Shown: in pieces, positions 16,265 through 25,760 of the stretch
Layout: each line of letters starts with the position of its first letter
Position numbering within the stretch: position 1 is the first letter of the stretch
IMG/VR virus record: IMGVR_UViG_3300036546_000248
DNA length: 64,000 nucleotides
Reading direction: 5' to 3' (one strand)
Origin: a virus
Taxonomy: Duplodnaviria; Caudoviricetes
Made by a program: the position numbers and the translations under genes
Notes under the pieces: model-generated
The model's database searches: none
What the model was told of the DNA's origin: nothing
What the model saw: the letters and a program-made list of their open reading frames with translations, nothing else

Positions 16265-17299
16265 TTACACCGCTGCTGCTGGGTACTTGATTGCCGGTTG
16301 TGGATGGTAGTCCACCACTTGAATATCGTCGATGGTGAAATCGAAGATGTCCTTCACTTCGGGGTTGAGGACGATACGAGGTGTGTACGGACCTTCGGTT
16401 GGACGCGCCAGCTGTTGATTGGCGGTGGTCACTTGGTCTTCGTAAACGTGGCAATCGCCACCCACCCAGACAAACTCACCCGTTTCCATGTTGGTGACAT
16501 GGGCCAGCATTTGGATCAGAAGCGAGTACTGGACGATGTTGAAGGGGACTCCGATCGGTACATCAGCGCTGCGCTGATAAAGCAGACCAGACAACCGATG
16601 GGTTGCTACTTGTTCCAGAGGGATGTCCCGTTCTTCAGCAATCACCTTGCGTTCCGTCAACCCGAGTTTGTACGGTTTGAGATGAAGGAGGGTGTGACAG
16701 GGCGGCAAAGCCATCTCGTCAATCTCCGCCACGTTCCATGCCGAGAGGATGATACGGCGATCGTCGGGGTTATTCTTGAGCTTATCGACCAACATCTGGA
16801 TTTGATCGTACTCCTTCTTCATGATGGCGTACGTCAGGTGGTCTTCAGGCTGATAGACTTCAGTCCAGAGCCGATACCCTTTGTCCCGGTAGTAATCGAC
16901 CAGAGGACTGTCATTGTCCACCGTCTTGATCGATTCCCAACGCCGCCACTGATGTTGATAGATCTTCGGAAGTTCACCTGCGACGAGTACACCGTCCACG
17001 TATTCCTCGGTGCCCTTCTTGACCCAACTGTCCCAGATATTCACCCCGTGTTGCTTGAGGTAGCGGATGTTGGTATCGCCTGAGAGCATCCAGATCAACT
17101 CGTGGATGATACCTTTGGTGAAGACCTTCTTACTGTGAAGCAGGGGAACTTTACCTTCACTAATGTTAAAGCGCATCACGCGCCCAAACACACTATGGGT
17201 GTCGATTCCGGTACGGTTCTCGCAATGGATGCCGTTATCCAGAATGTCTTCCATCAGGGCGTGATACTGACCGGTTGGGCTATTGTCGCGGTGAGGCAT
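16265..17299 (-). CDS. thyA: Thymidylate synthase
   Basis: NRTGIDT, ELIWMLSG, catalytic LPPCH, YQRSADVPIGVPFN, GDCHVY. Confidence 0.97.
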   Translation of the reverse strand: MPHRDNSPTGQYHALMEDILDNGIHCENRTGIDTHSVFGRVMRFNISEGKVPLLHSKKVFTKGIIHELIWMLSGDTNIRYLKQHGVNIWDSWVKKGTEEYVDGVLVAGELPKIYQHQWRRWESIKTVDNDSPLVDYYRDKGYRLWTEVYQPEDHLTYAIMKKEYDQIQMLVDKLKNNPDDRRIILSAWNVAEIDEMALPPCHTLLHLKPYKLGLTERKVIAEERDIPLEQVATHRLSGLLYQRSADVPIGVPFNIVQYSLLIQMLAHVTNMETGEFVWVGGDCHVYEDQVTTANQQLARPTEGPYTPRIVLNPEVKDIFDFTIDDIQVVDYHPQPAIKYPAAAV

Positions 17300-17337
17300 G
17301 AGTCGTTCCTTATCAAGGAGGGTTAGCGTTTAGTTGA

Positions 17338-17523
17338 TCAAATGACAAAACTGCTAGCTTCGGCGAGTGCGGCGAGGATTAGTCGTCTTAAATCTCCATC
17401 GTTCTCCAAATTTAAAGTTTCAATCTCAAGTACTGGGCGGGGGATATACCGAAACTTGATCGTACGGGAGTTGAATTCATACCAACAACTTAAGTAATGT
17501 CCTCGTGGGGCATATATAGACAA
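17338..17523 (-). CDS. Hypothetical protein (61 aa)
   Basis: Fills the gap in a same-strand run of genes. Confidence 0.5.
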   Translation of the reverse strand: MSIYAPRGHYLSCWYEFNSRTIKFRYIPRPVLEIETLNLENDGDLRRLILAALAEASSFVI

Positions 17524-17546
17524 CAGTCTGCGACAAAGGGTAGTGC

Positions 17547-18188
17547 TTAGAAAAAGAAGTCGAGGTCGATGTCTTTCTTGTCGAAGGTGTGGAACGCTTC
17601 ACCTACGTTTTCCAACGCTGTGGTAGCGGTTCTCATCAACTCTTCCACCGCTTTACGAGCTTCTTTAGGCTTGACGACAGTGGGGACGTAAAACGCTTCG
17701 AAGGCTTTGTCGTTGACCTTTACACCAGCGTAGCCAATGGTCGCCCACTCGGGTGCGAATTGTTTAACCAACACTTTAACGGCATCGGTCGACCACCACC
17801 AAGGATCAGTACGCAGTTCACTTTCAGAAGTGATGATAACGCGAATGTGTGGGACGCTTTCCAAGTTGTGTGACGGTGCTCGCACCACGGTCTCAGCGAC
17901 TTGAAGGAAACTGATAGGCCCGTTGTAACGTACCGACGCACCTTCGTTTTGTACCCACAAGCCCGTAGGTTCTTTGCCGTTACGGCGCATCTCGCTCAAG
18001 GTGGCATAACCTTCTGCCCCGTCGTATTGAACGATTTGAGATTCGTCGATCTCCAAAGACAACACGTCTTCATTGAAGTTGGGTTGGACGTAGTCCATGT
18101 CAGGATAGAAGGTCAGCGAGATCCCGGTATCCAGTTCCTTGAGGTGGGGTGTGATCAACGCATTCAGAGCAAAGTACATTTTACGCAT
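17547..18188 (-). CDS. Hypothetical protein
   Basis: Non-overlapping ORF with RBS AAGGA. Confidence 0.7.
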   Translation of the reverse strand: MRKMYFALNALITPHLKELDTGISLTFYPDMDYVQPNFNEDVLSLEIDESQIVQYDGAEGYATLSEMRRNGKEPTGLWVQNEGASVRYNGPISFLQVAETVVRAPSHNLESVPHIRVIITSESELRTDPWWWSTDAVKVLVKQFAPEWATIGYAGVKVNDKAFEAFYVPTVVKPKEARKAVEELMRTATTALENVGEAFHTFDKKDIDLDFFF

Positions 18189-18246
18189 GGGTTATTCCTT
18201 TTACCGATCCAAAAAGAAAAGGCCAGCGAACTGGCCTTGAGTTGGG

Positions 18247-18681
18247 TTAAAGCACTACTGTAACACGGCCTGAGGCTTGTAACCCGGCCCAGAAGTGACT
18301 GAGTACGCGGTCTTTGTCACGTTCACGTTGGTGTTCACTGGCGTAGGTCATACACCCCTGTAGCTGATCAATGAACTGATCAATGGCATGGTCCAAGCCT
18401 TCAGGAAACCCAAGCCATACAGAGGGCTTTACAGGGACTTGGGCTAGGTCAACTGGAGGGATAGCATCACCCAAGGGTCGATCAATGACCGTAGTGAGCA
18501 CCACGATGGCACTTTCAGTCATGAAGGCTGTCAAGTGAAACGCACGCGCATGGTCTTTAGGGCAATCACCCAACACTTCGAAATGCCGATCCCACATATC
18601 GGGTTCTTCTTTAACGAACAGAGCCTCACGAGCTTGTGGGGCGAGGAAGGTGCGAAATTGACCGTAGTTTTGTGTTGACAT
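18247..18681 (-). CDS. Hypothetical protein
   Basis: Non-overlapping ORF with RBS AAGGA. Confidence 0.7.
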   Translation of the reverse strand: MSTQNYGQFRTFLAPQAREALFVKEEPDMWDRHFEVLGDCPKDHARAFHLTAFMTESAIVVLTTVIDRPLGDAIPPVDLAQVPVKPSVWLGFPEGLDHAIDQFIDQLQGCMTYASEHQRERDKDRVLSHFWAGLQASGRVTVVL

Positions 18682-18701
18682 GGGAACTTAGTCCTTTAAA
18701 A

Positions 18702-19670
18702 TTAGGCAGTTGCTTGTTGGATTGAGGTAACCTGAGTTTTGTGAACGAGATCAACCAAGCTAAACATCCGCTCGGGGCGGTACGTGCTGTATTTGACAAT
18801 GGTCGTATCGCGACGGCCAGGGAAGTCAACTACAACCATGGTGGTTTCTTCTTTCTCTGAAGTACACTCACCCACAACCATTCCTACCCACGTAGGGGTC
18901 GCTACGAGGTCACCATAATTGAAACCGCCAAAACACGGGGTTCCCCACTTAGTGCGAACATGGGGATGGTCTTCTTCAACATAACGCTGAGTCTTGAAGG
19001 TCCAGCTGAACAAACTTTCCTCAGGTTCACTGGCTAATAACCAATGGCTGAGTAACGGACGACCCATCGGGATGGGATTTAATACCGCATTCCACAGGTG
19101 GCCTTTGGTGTAGTCCCAGTGGATAATGTGTTTGAACTTCAGTGTTTCAGCATCCAGGACATTGAAGTTGATGATACTGCCTTGGGAAAGACTAGCGCTG
19201 TCACAGGGACGAGACCCCGAGTACAGGGTCAGCAGATTACCAAAGGTATCTGTCCCGACCACCCATTCAACCACGCGGTGCAAAGACATCGCCTTGGCAG
19301 CGTAGGATGCCGCCAGACGTTCGTCCACACCTTGGGTGAGGGCTACATACCTGAAGTTACCAGCGGGCAACAGTGCGGCTTTGGGAACCTCTTCCACGGT
19401 GTAGGTAAAGGTACTGCGTTCGTGAGTGTAGGGGTTGAGTATTGCGTAGGATTCTTCGCGTTTACTGCGATCGTAGTCCGCACTTGTAATCATGCGAATT
19501 TGCGAACTAAGGCCGAGTTGACGACCTCCTAGATCGTTGTGGCGAACGTAGGCACACCCATCAGCTTTAATCGCAGCTTTCACTTTGATAAACAACTCAC
19601 TACGACGATGGGGTTTGGAGAATTTAAACAGCGCATTCGCTGCGCGTTGAATGAAGCCTGGGGTGCTCAT
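18702..19670 (-). CDS. Hypothetical protein (322 aa)
   Basis: Long ORF with RBS AAGGA. Confidence 0.75.
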   Translation of the reverse strand: MSTPGFIQRAANALFKFSKPHRRSELFIKVKAAIKADGCAYVRHNDLGGRQLGLSSQIRMITSADYDRSKREESYAILNPYTHERSTFTYTVEEVPKAALLPAGNFRYVALTQGVDERLAASYAAKAMSLHRVVEWVVGTDTFGNLLTLYSGSRPCDSASLSQGSIINFNVLDAETLKFKHIIHWDYTKGHLWNAVLNPIPMGRPLLSHWLLASEPEESLFSWTFKTQRYVEEDHPHVRTKWGTPCFGGFNYGDLVATPTWVGMVVGECTSEKEETTMVVVDFPGRRDTTIVKYSTYRPERMFSLVDLVHKTQVTSIQQATA

Positions 19671-19684
19671 ACTCGTTCCTTGAT

Positions 19685-19717
19685 GACATAGCAGAGTGAG
19701 CCTTACGACCCACTCTG
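19685..19717 (-). terminator. Hairpin followed by CTATGTC, no U-tract
   Basis: CAGAGTGGG/CTCACTCTG stem downstream of the Nudix gene. Confidence 0.5.
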
Positions 19718-19730
19718 ATACATTTATGGG

Positions 19731-20612
19731 TTACAGACGTTCAGCTTGACACTCTGCCGAACAGCCTTCTTCTGAAACAGTTTCTTGGGCTTCTTGCACG
19801 CCTTCAACACCACCCACGGCAACCAGACCTTTGAGGGCCTCTTCCTGTTGGGCTTTGAAGTCGGCGAACTGCACCGCTGCAGCCAGACCTGCTTGGGTCA
19901 GGTCTTCGATGAAGCTGTCTTCGAAACCTTCGATCAGCAGCTTCGACCAGTTTTCGAAGTTGTAGTCGGCCAGGGTTTGGCGCAGCTTGCTCAGCGGAAT
20001 GAAGCCCAGGCCGACAGCCGAGGATTCGCCCATGACCGGCTCGAGACCGTAAGGGATCATCATCAGCATGGTCACGCCGAGATGACGCTGACCGACCGGG
20101 TCGCTGTTGTCGTTCAGGTAGCCGTAGATGCTCGGTTGAGCACGGATGTTTTCGTCGAGCAGGGCTTGGATGATCGGCTGCCCTTTGAGGGTCAGTTCTT
20201 CACACAGCTCTTCCATCACGTTGTACATGATGGTCATGCCGAGGTTCAGGCTACTGTGGGCATCGTAGAACTGAGCATGGCTGACGTTGATGTGACCGCC
20301 CAGACCGATAGAGTGACGACCCAACAGGCGCTCTTCGCCGCTACCTTTCACACGCTGGTAAACGAAAACTTCGAGTTCACCTTCGGGGTTCACGCGGAAG
20401 ATCTGGACGTAGGGGAGCAGGTGACGATAGGCCGGGTTTTCTTCGACCGCCTCACGGCGCTTGATGGCCAGCCCTTCATTGAGAGCGGCTTCCAGTTGCT
20501 GGATATTGGCGAAGTTCGGGGCCATGTCCGTGCCGGTGGCAAAGCCTTCTTTCGGGAACAGGTCATTGATCTGAGCGGTGGGATGAACGAGGATCAGTTC
20601 TTTCTTCGACAT
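19731..20612 (-). CDS. Nudix-fold phosphoesterase
   Basis: EENPAYRHLLPYV, YQR..GSGEERL.G..SIGLGGH and EELCEEL motifs. Confidence 0.8.
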   Translation of the reverse strand: MSKKELILVHPTAQINDLFPKEGFATGTDMAPNFANIQQLEAALNEGLAIKRREAVEENPAYRHLLPYVQIFRVNPEGELEVFVYQRVKGSGEERLLGRHSIGLGGHINVSHAQFYDAHSSLNLGMTIMYNVMEELCEELTLKGQPIIQALLDENIRAQPSIYGYLNDNSDPVGQRHLGVTMLMMIPYGLEPVMGESSAVGLGFIPLSKLRQTLADYNFENWSKLLIEGFEDSFIEDLTQAGLAAAVQFADFKAQQEEALKGLVAVGGVEGVQEAQETVSEEGCSAECQAERL

Positions 20613-20618
20613 GGGTCG

Positions 20619-20819
20619 TTATTTCCTTGTAGGTTGGGTAGGGGTTTTTGCGTTAGCAACAATCCAGTTGTCCACATCATCCAGTTTAAATAACACAACC
20701 GGCTCAGTTTCAACGGGGGTGAGTTCCTCCACACATCGCAGGATGGCTTGAACGTGATAGCCCTTACAGGCCAGTTTGGTGTACAGTTGTTCGCGTGCGA
20801 TGGTTTTAATAGCGGCCAT
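20619..20819 (-). CDS. Hypothetical protein (66 aa)
   Basis: Packed ORF. Confidence 0.55.
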   Translation of the reverse strand: MAAIKTIAREQLYTKLACKGYHVQAILRCVEELTPVETEPVVLFKLDDVDNWIVANAKTPTQPTRK

Positions 20820-20885
20820 AGTCTGACTACTTCGGGGAGGTTAAGGTTAAAGGCTTTTGCTCACAGCATGGGACTTGCTAGTTTT

Positions 20886-21164
20886 TTATAACTGTATGTT
20901 GTACTCTTCGACCAAGGCTTGGATTTCTTCTGGGGGTAAGAACTCAATATGGCTGCGGAACGGCCATTCTTTTACCAGAGCCAAAAACCGTTGCGTGGTT
21001 TCCGGGTGAGACTCACTATATTGAGGAAACGCCTCAACCACCCGCAAGGCCAGCGACGCAAGTCGGTCCACACCCAAATTTTGCAACAGGGTTGCATCCT
21101 TCGGGTGGTTTTCCATCGTGTTGATGGCTTTGTCGATAAAGGCTTTCCATTGGGTACCGCGCAT
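20886..21164 (-). CDS. Hypothetical protein (92 aa)
   Basis: Packed ORF. Confidence 0.6.
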   Translation of the reverse strand: MRGTQWKAFIDKAINTMENHPKDATLLQNLGVDRLASLALRVVEAFPQYSESHPETTQRFLALVKEWPFRSHIEFLPPEEIQALVEEYNIQL

Positions 21165-21175
21165 ACACCACTTCC

Positions 21176-21442
21176 TTACAGATTAAGATTGGCGGGATCT
21201 TGGTCGAGATAACCGATCCGCACGTTGTAGACATGACCGTCTTCACGTTGACGTACGATCTCTACGGGCCAGCCGTAGGTATCTCGTTCAAAGAAGACCA
21301 AGTCAATGTTATATTGTTCGGGGACATGGAAGTCAGGGTGTTCGAGCACCCCTTTGATGAACAACTCTTCCTCGAACTGGTAGGTGAGTACTACCATGGG
21401 TGCGTCTTGATAACCGCACTTAGTCAGTGTGACTGTCGTCAT
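21176..21442 (-). CDS. Hypothetical protein
   Basis: Start reassigned to ATG 21442 (GAGGA upstream). Confidence 0.55.
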   Translation of the reverse strand: MTTVTLTKCGYQDAPMVVLTYQFEEELFIKGVLEHPDFHVPEQYNIDLVFFERDTYGWPVEIVRQREDGHVYNVRIGYLDQDPANLNL

Positions 21443-22031
21443 CGTCAAGGTCCTCGAGGTCTTCCAAGGTTGCGGGACGGAAGTTTGGTGTAAACGCACG
21501 GCACGTATGGCGCCCTGCGCTGTCGACAATCCAGATGCTGGGGACTGTCGGGTACAACACGCTGTTGTCATCGAAAGCAGCGTAATTCAGGGTGAAGTAA
21601 TCACAGAGTTCGCCGCCGTCCAAGAAGTACGCGCGAGGGCGAGCGTTCTTCACACAGATGTCTTCGACTTCCTTACGCATCACCGTGTATTCGGCAACGT
21701 CATAAAAAGACAAATCCCCGATGACTACATAGCGGACATCAGGGGACAGGTTTGGTGAGACGGTCACCGGGACACCATCTACCCCTTCGATAACCACAGT
21801 GCGCATGACTCGGGGTTGAGGGATTTGGAGAATGCGAGCATACTGAATCACATCCTCACTGTTATCGTTGACAGGATGCCAAGCCAATACAAAGCCAGTC
21901 GCCCCATTGTTGATAAGGTCGCCCACCTCGGCCAATACTTCAGCGTCGAGTTCGCCATTACCAAGGTAACTCCCACGGATTTGGGAGAAACGGCTTTCAC
22001 CATTGATGCGGTCTTCGATCAGTTTAAACAT
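21420..22031 (-). CDS. Hypothetical protein
   Basis: Packed ORF with RBS AAGGA. Confidence 0.7.
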   Translation of the reverse strand: MFKLIEDRINGESRFSQIRGSYLGNGELDAEVLAEVGDLINNGATGFVLAWHPVNDNSEDVIQYARILQIPQPRVMRTVVIEGVDGVPVTVSPNLSPDVRYVVIGDLSFYDVAEYTVMRKEVEDICVKNARPRAYFLDGGELCDYFTLNYAAFDDNSVLYPTVPSIWIVDSAGRHTCRAFTPNFRPATLEDLEDLDDDDSHTD

Positions 22032-22032
22032 C

Positions 22033-22524
22033 TCAGATTCCTTGAGGAATGTAGGTTAAGTTTGGGGTTTTACGTTTACGACGAAGTTGTTGTTGATTGT
22101 GCACCGCACTGATCAGGTGATCAGGGACATCGAGTTCGATCTCCACCTGAATCAAACGGTAGTTTTTGAGTTGCCCTTGGTACATGACCAAGACCGACTC
22201 CTTTAATGGCTGAATCTTCCAAATGTGAGAGAAGTACTGAATGACCCTTAAGTACACCGAATAACTCAACATCACCAACGAATTGAACTCGTGTTCTTCA
22301 AGGTCGTTAATACGATCCATCACCACACGATCATCGTTGAAGTCTTCGTCCCACAACGTACCGTCAAAGAGGTATTCAATCATCTCGGTATGGAATTTCT
22401 CATACTCCATATAACGGTAGCTGGCGCAGTAGTTCAGGGCACAATCAAGCAGGTAAGGTTCTAGTAGACGAAACAGATGATTAGATCCCAAATGGAGGTC
22501 CGATACATCAACAGTCACCAACAT
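22033..22524 (-). CDS. Hypothetical protein
   Basis: First gene of a leftward unit. Confidence 0.7.
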   Translation of the reverse strand: MLVTVDVSDLHLGSNHLFRLLEPYLLDCALNYCASYRYMEYEKFHTEMIEYLFDGTLWDEDFNDDRVVMDRINDLEEHEFNSLVMLSYSVYLRVIQYFSHIWKIQPLKESVLVMYQGQLKNYRLIQVEIELDVPDHLISAVHNQQQLRRKRKTPNLTYIPQGI

Positions 22525-22669
22525 GATACAACACCCAGTAGCAGAGTCACTTTTATAATGTATGTCTCAAATGTGTTTAATTACCGACTCAGGGTGTCAG
22601 GTATGGTATGAGAGGGGAAACGTACTCTCACTTTAAATGGGCAGTAGGAAACCAAAGGGGAAACAAACC

Positions 22670-23188
22670 ATGAAATACGATATCCTGAAAAGTGGTATTG
22701 AAAACATTCTGGCTCTGGTCAATGCGGACAACGCCCAAGCGTTCACTCTTGAGCAGATCTCGATCGGTGCACCTGCGGTATTCGTGGATGAGACGGGGGT
22801 CAATCCACGCAACACCCAGATCGTGGTCAGTGCTCAACCGGGCAGTGGTATGGTGGGTTCTCAGACTCATCGTTACACCCGTCTGGATCTGGCTGGTCTT
22901 CCGGTAGCTCCGATCGAAATTCAACTGGGTGAGACCACCACTCTGGCTGACGTCAAAGCCGACGTTGTTGGTCAGCTGCTGGTCTCTGACAGTGAAGTCG
23001 AATTCACCGTCGCCGAGATCCCTGCTTTCGAAGAAGGCGTAACCTCTCAGGTCCTGACTCTGCAGGCTATCGACGGTAGCTACGGCTATATCGGTTCCGT
23101 AGAGATCACCGTCCTGGCTTACGAGGCTCCGCCGGTTGAGCTGAGCAGCGTACTGCCGAACCAAGACCTGAATGGTTTTGAGTACTAA
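22670..23188 (+). CDS. Virion structural protein (phiKZ-like family ending L.GF.Y)
   Basis: RNTQI..A..GSG..GSQT.RY.RLDL motif; upstream GGTATGAGAG leader hairpin (22607); own terminator. Confidence 0.7.
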   Translation: MKYDILKSGIENILALVNADNAQAFTLEQISIGAPAVFVDETGVNPRNTQIVVSAQPGSGMVGSQTHRYTRLDLAGLPVAPIEIQLGETTTLADVKADVVGQLLVSDSEVEFTVAEIPAFEEGVTSQVLTLQAIDGSYGYIGSVEITVLAYEAPPVELSSVLPNQDLNGFEY

Positions 23189-23196
23189 GTAGCAAA

Positions 23197-23240
23197 CGGC
23201 ATACAGGGAGGCGTGAGCCTCCCTGTAGGCTTTTATGCGG
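23197..23240. terminator. Bidirectional terminator
   Basis: CGGCA-TACAGGGAGGC-GTGA-GCCTCCCTGTA-GGCTTTTATGCGG. Confidence 0.85.
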
Positions 23241-23843
23241 TCACAAACCAGAACGGTTAATGACTTCATCAACCATCTTGTTCAAGTCGCGATGACCGGA
23301 CATCAGGTAGTAACGGCTAGGATCTGCTTCGATCTGATCCAAGAAGCCTTCACGCACCCTTTGGTGGTATTCCAACCCCTTGGCTTCCATCCGGTCCAGT
23401 ACCCCACGGGCACTTACTTTTTCGAAAGACAGTTTGGGGTCGACGTCGATCACCACAGTCAAGTCAGGACGAAATTCGCCCAACGTGGTGTTGACCAACG
23501 CATTGAAGGTGTGTCGTGAAAGGTTACCACCACGGCACTGGAGTGCGTAAGTCGAGTCAATGAAACGATCGCACAATACGATCTTACCCATACGGAGATG
23601 GGGTTTGATCACTTGTTCGATGTGCTGGCGCCGGCCGGCGAAGAACAACAGAGCTTCGGTCAGCGGATCAACTTTCTCGTCGCGGTGGCGCAGCAGTACT
23701 TCACGAATCTCTTCAGCCATCGGCGTACCGCCAGGCTCGCGAGTTTGAATCACCTCGTGACCCATGCACTCAAGGCGAGTGGCTAACGCATTACGCAGAG
23801 TGGTTTTGCCACATCCTTCCCCGCCTTCAAACACAATGAACAT
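23241..23843 (-). CDS. tmk: Thymidylate kinase
   Basis: P-loop GGEGCGKTT, TREPGGT, DRFIDST. Confidence 0.95.
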   Translation of the reverse strand: MFIVFEGGEGCGKTTLRNALATRLECMGHEVIQTREPGGTPMAEEIREVLLRHRDEKVDPLTEALLFFAGRRQHIEQVIKPHLRMGKIVLCDRFIDSTYALQCRGGNLSRHTFNALVNTTLGEFRPDLTVVIDVDPKLSFEKVSARGVLDRMEAKGLEYHQRVREGFLDQIEADPSRYYLMSGHRDLNKMVDEVINRSGL

Positions 23844-23845
23844 CG

Positions 23846-25186
23846 TTACTCCTCTTCCTTATCCAGGAATAAATACAGCGCCGTGTTGGATTTAAACCGT
23901 TGGCTCGTACCACCTCTACCTTCCATCGAGATAAAGTGTTGATCCCCCACCAGAACGCCATAACGAATGCGGACTTGGTTTTCATGCTCGTACATGAAGC
24001 GTACAGGCATGCCGGGGTAAAGCAGGGTGTGATCAGAGTTCTCCCACGTGGCAGTTACATTGTTGCCCTTGCGAAAGACTGTTTTAGACAACTCAGCAAA
24101 CAAGTTACTGGTTGCTTTGGCCCCACGCGTAACGTGTGCCAATCCCTCCACTGCTTGATCAATCAACACCTCCGTAACGTTCTTACCTCGAGAGGCTTTG
24201 GCTACGTTACCGACAGTGTGTACAAAACTGTCTAAGAGACCTTTGGCGTCGTTGAACCGAATACCAATCCCCTTGTCCAGCTTTGCTTTATCTGAAGTAT
24301 CGGTAATGTCCGTGCGACCAGTGGACAAGACAATCAATTGATTCCCTTTAGTCAGCCACGTTCGTTCGATACTCGGCATCTTCTCTTCTGGTACGTTAAT
24401 GACCGTGAGTCCACGAGGACTTTGGTCAAAACGTTTGGTGTTCAGTGCTGGCCATACATACCAGTCGCCTGCCAGTAAGTAAATACCCAACCCGGTGTTG
24501 TAAATCCCCCCACATTCTTCTTGAAGAAAATCAGCCAGTTCCACCAACGGCTTACCGTGAGGCACTACAATGTGGTCACGAGGTTCAAGGTTGTCTGGCG
24601 GTACCATGTCAACACGTCCTTGGGTACCCACCACCTCACGCGGAATCTCCTGGGTTTTAACCGTCAACAAAGTCAACAGAAGATCTGCTGCTGTACGTTT
24701 GCGGAAACTCCCACCCACTGAAACAGACCGCAACCACTCAACCGATCGATCGATCAACTGCAGGCGTACATTGGCAACGTTAGCTGAGTCAGCGACCTCA
24801 ACGTTATCCAGAATGCCTGAACCCGAAGCGGCAGCAATATCCTTGGTCTCACACAGAACGGCTTTGTATTCTCGGGTGATGATCGGTTCATCATCGGCTG
24901 TGGCGTGATCCCCAATGACTTCACGAGTGAGTTGCACCGACAGCCGCTCTTTATTGGGATAGATGTATTTGCTGTACGTCCCCACCCCAAAGACGATCGT
25001 GATATACGACTCATCGGCGAACGTCTTGAGGTAGTCACGGGCAATGTCAGTAGACACCACCCGTAACGGTACCAATTCACGACCGTCCGGTAGGCGTACA
25101 CTACAACTGTAGCGATATTGGGGAAGTGGCGTACGGCTGTCCGTCACTTCCCGCACAGCGTTGATTAAGGAACTATTCTCCAGCAC
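23846..25186 (-). CDS. Virion structural protein (phiKZ gp101-like by synteny)
   Basis: GTG start 25186 with GGAGG; long ORF in the structural block. Confidence 0.65.
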   Translation of the reverse strand: MLENSSLINAVREVTDSRTPLPQYRYSCSVRLPDGRELVPLRVVSTDIARDYLKTFADESYITIVFGVGTYSKYIYPNKERLSVQLTREVIGDHATADDEPIITREYKAVLCETKDIAAASGSGILDNVEVADSANVANVRLQLIDRSVEWLRSVSVGGSFRKRTAADLLLTLLTVKTQEIPREVVGTQGRVDMVPPDNLEPRDHIVVPHGKPLVELADFLQEECGGIYNTGLGIYLLAGDWYVWPALNTKRFDQSPRGLTVINVPEEKMPSIERTWLTKGNQLIVLSTGRTDITDTSDKAKLDKGIGIRFNDAKGLLDSFVHTVGNVAKASRGKNVTEVLIDQAVEGLAHVTRGAKATSNLFAELSKTVFRKGNNVTATWENSDHTLLYPGMPVRFMYEHENQVRIRYGVLVGDQHFISMEGRGGTSQRFKSNTALYLFLDKEEE

Positions 25187-25760
25187 TGTCCTTACCTCCG
25201 CGTTTATCAACCATGTCCGTAATGGCGTGCGCCAGCGCATTGTGGGTATAATCCACTTTTGGCATTTCAGCCTGCTCTTGGGACGCACGTCGACGAACAC
25301 TACGACGACTGTTGAGTCGATCCAAGGCGTTGAACAGCTTGGAATTGGTCGGTTGGGTTTCCATGTACATCCGAGCCATGGGGAAGAGCTGTTCGGCGAA
25401 CTCTTCCAAGGTAGCCAGGTCCTCTACCGGTGCATCGCGACGGTTGGGGTCTAACAACAGAGCATCGTGCCAGTCACTGATATGGTCCCGAATCCATTCA
25501 TAGATCTGTTTGGAATCATCGGGGTTGATCAGTGCAATCTGGGCACCCTGGCGGGCTTTATCCGCCATCTGCGCAACCGTCAGACGCGCAGGAACAGGAG
25601 CGTTCATACGTCCGTTGTCCACAGCATCATCCATCGAGGTGTGCAGGCCGAAGTGTTCGGCAAACGATTGGTCGATCAGATACAGCTGTGGGATCATGCA
25701 ATCGACGTAGTATTTGAAGATCTTTTCGGCGGGGGTGTGCCCAGGTTTTTCGATGATCAT
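25173..25760 (-). CDS. Conserved phiKZ-like protein (gp100-like by synteny)
   Basis: Coupled to both neighbours. Confidence 0.6.
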   Translation of the reverse strand: MIIEKPGHTPAEKIFKYYVDCMIPQLYLIDQSFAEHFGLHTSMDDAVDNGRMNAPVPARLTVAQMADKARQGAQIALINPDDSKQIYEWIRDHISDWHDALLLDPNRRDAPVEDLATLEEFAEQLFPMARMYMETQPTNSKLFNALDRLNSRRSVRRRASQEQAEMPKVDYTHNALAHAITDMVDKRGGKDSAGE

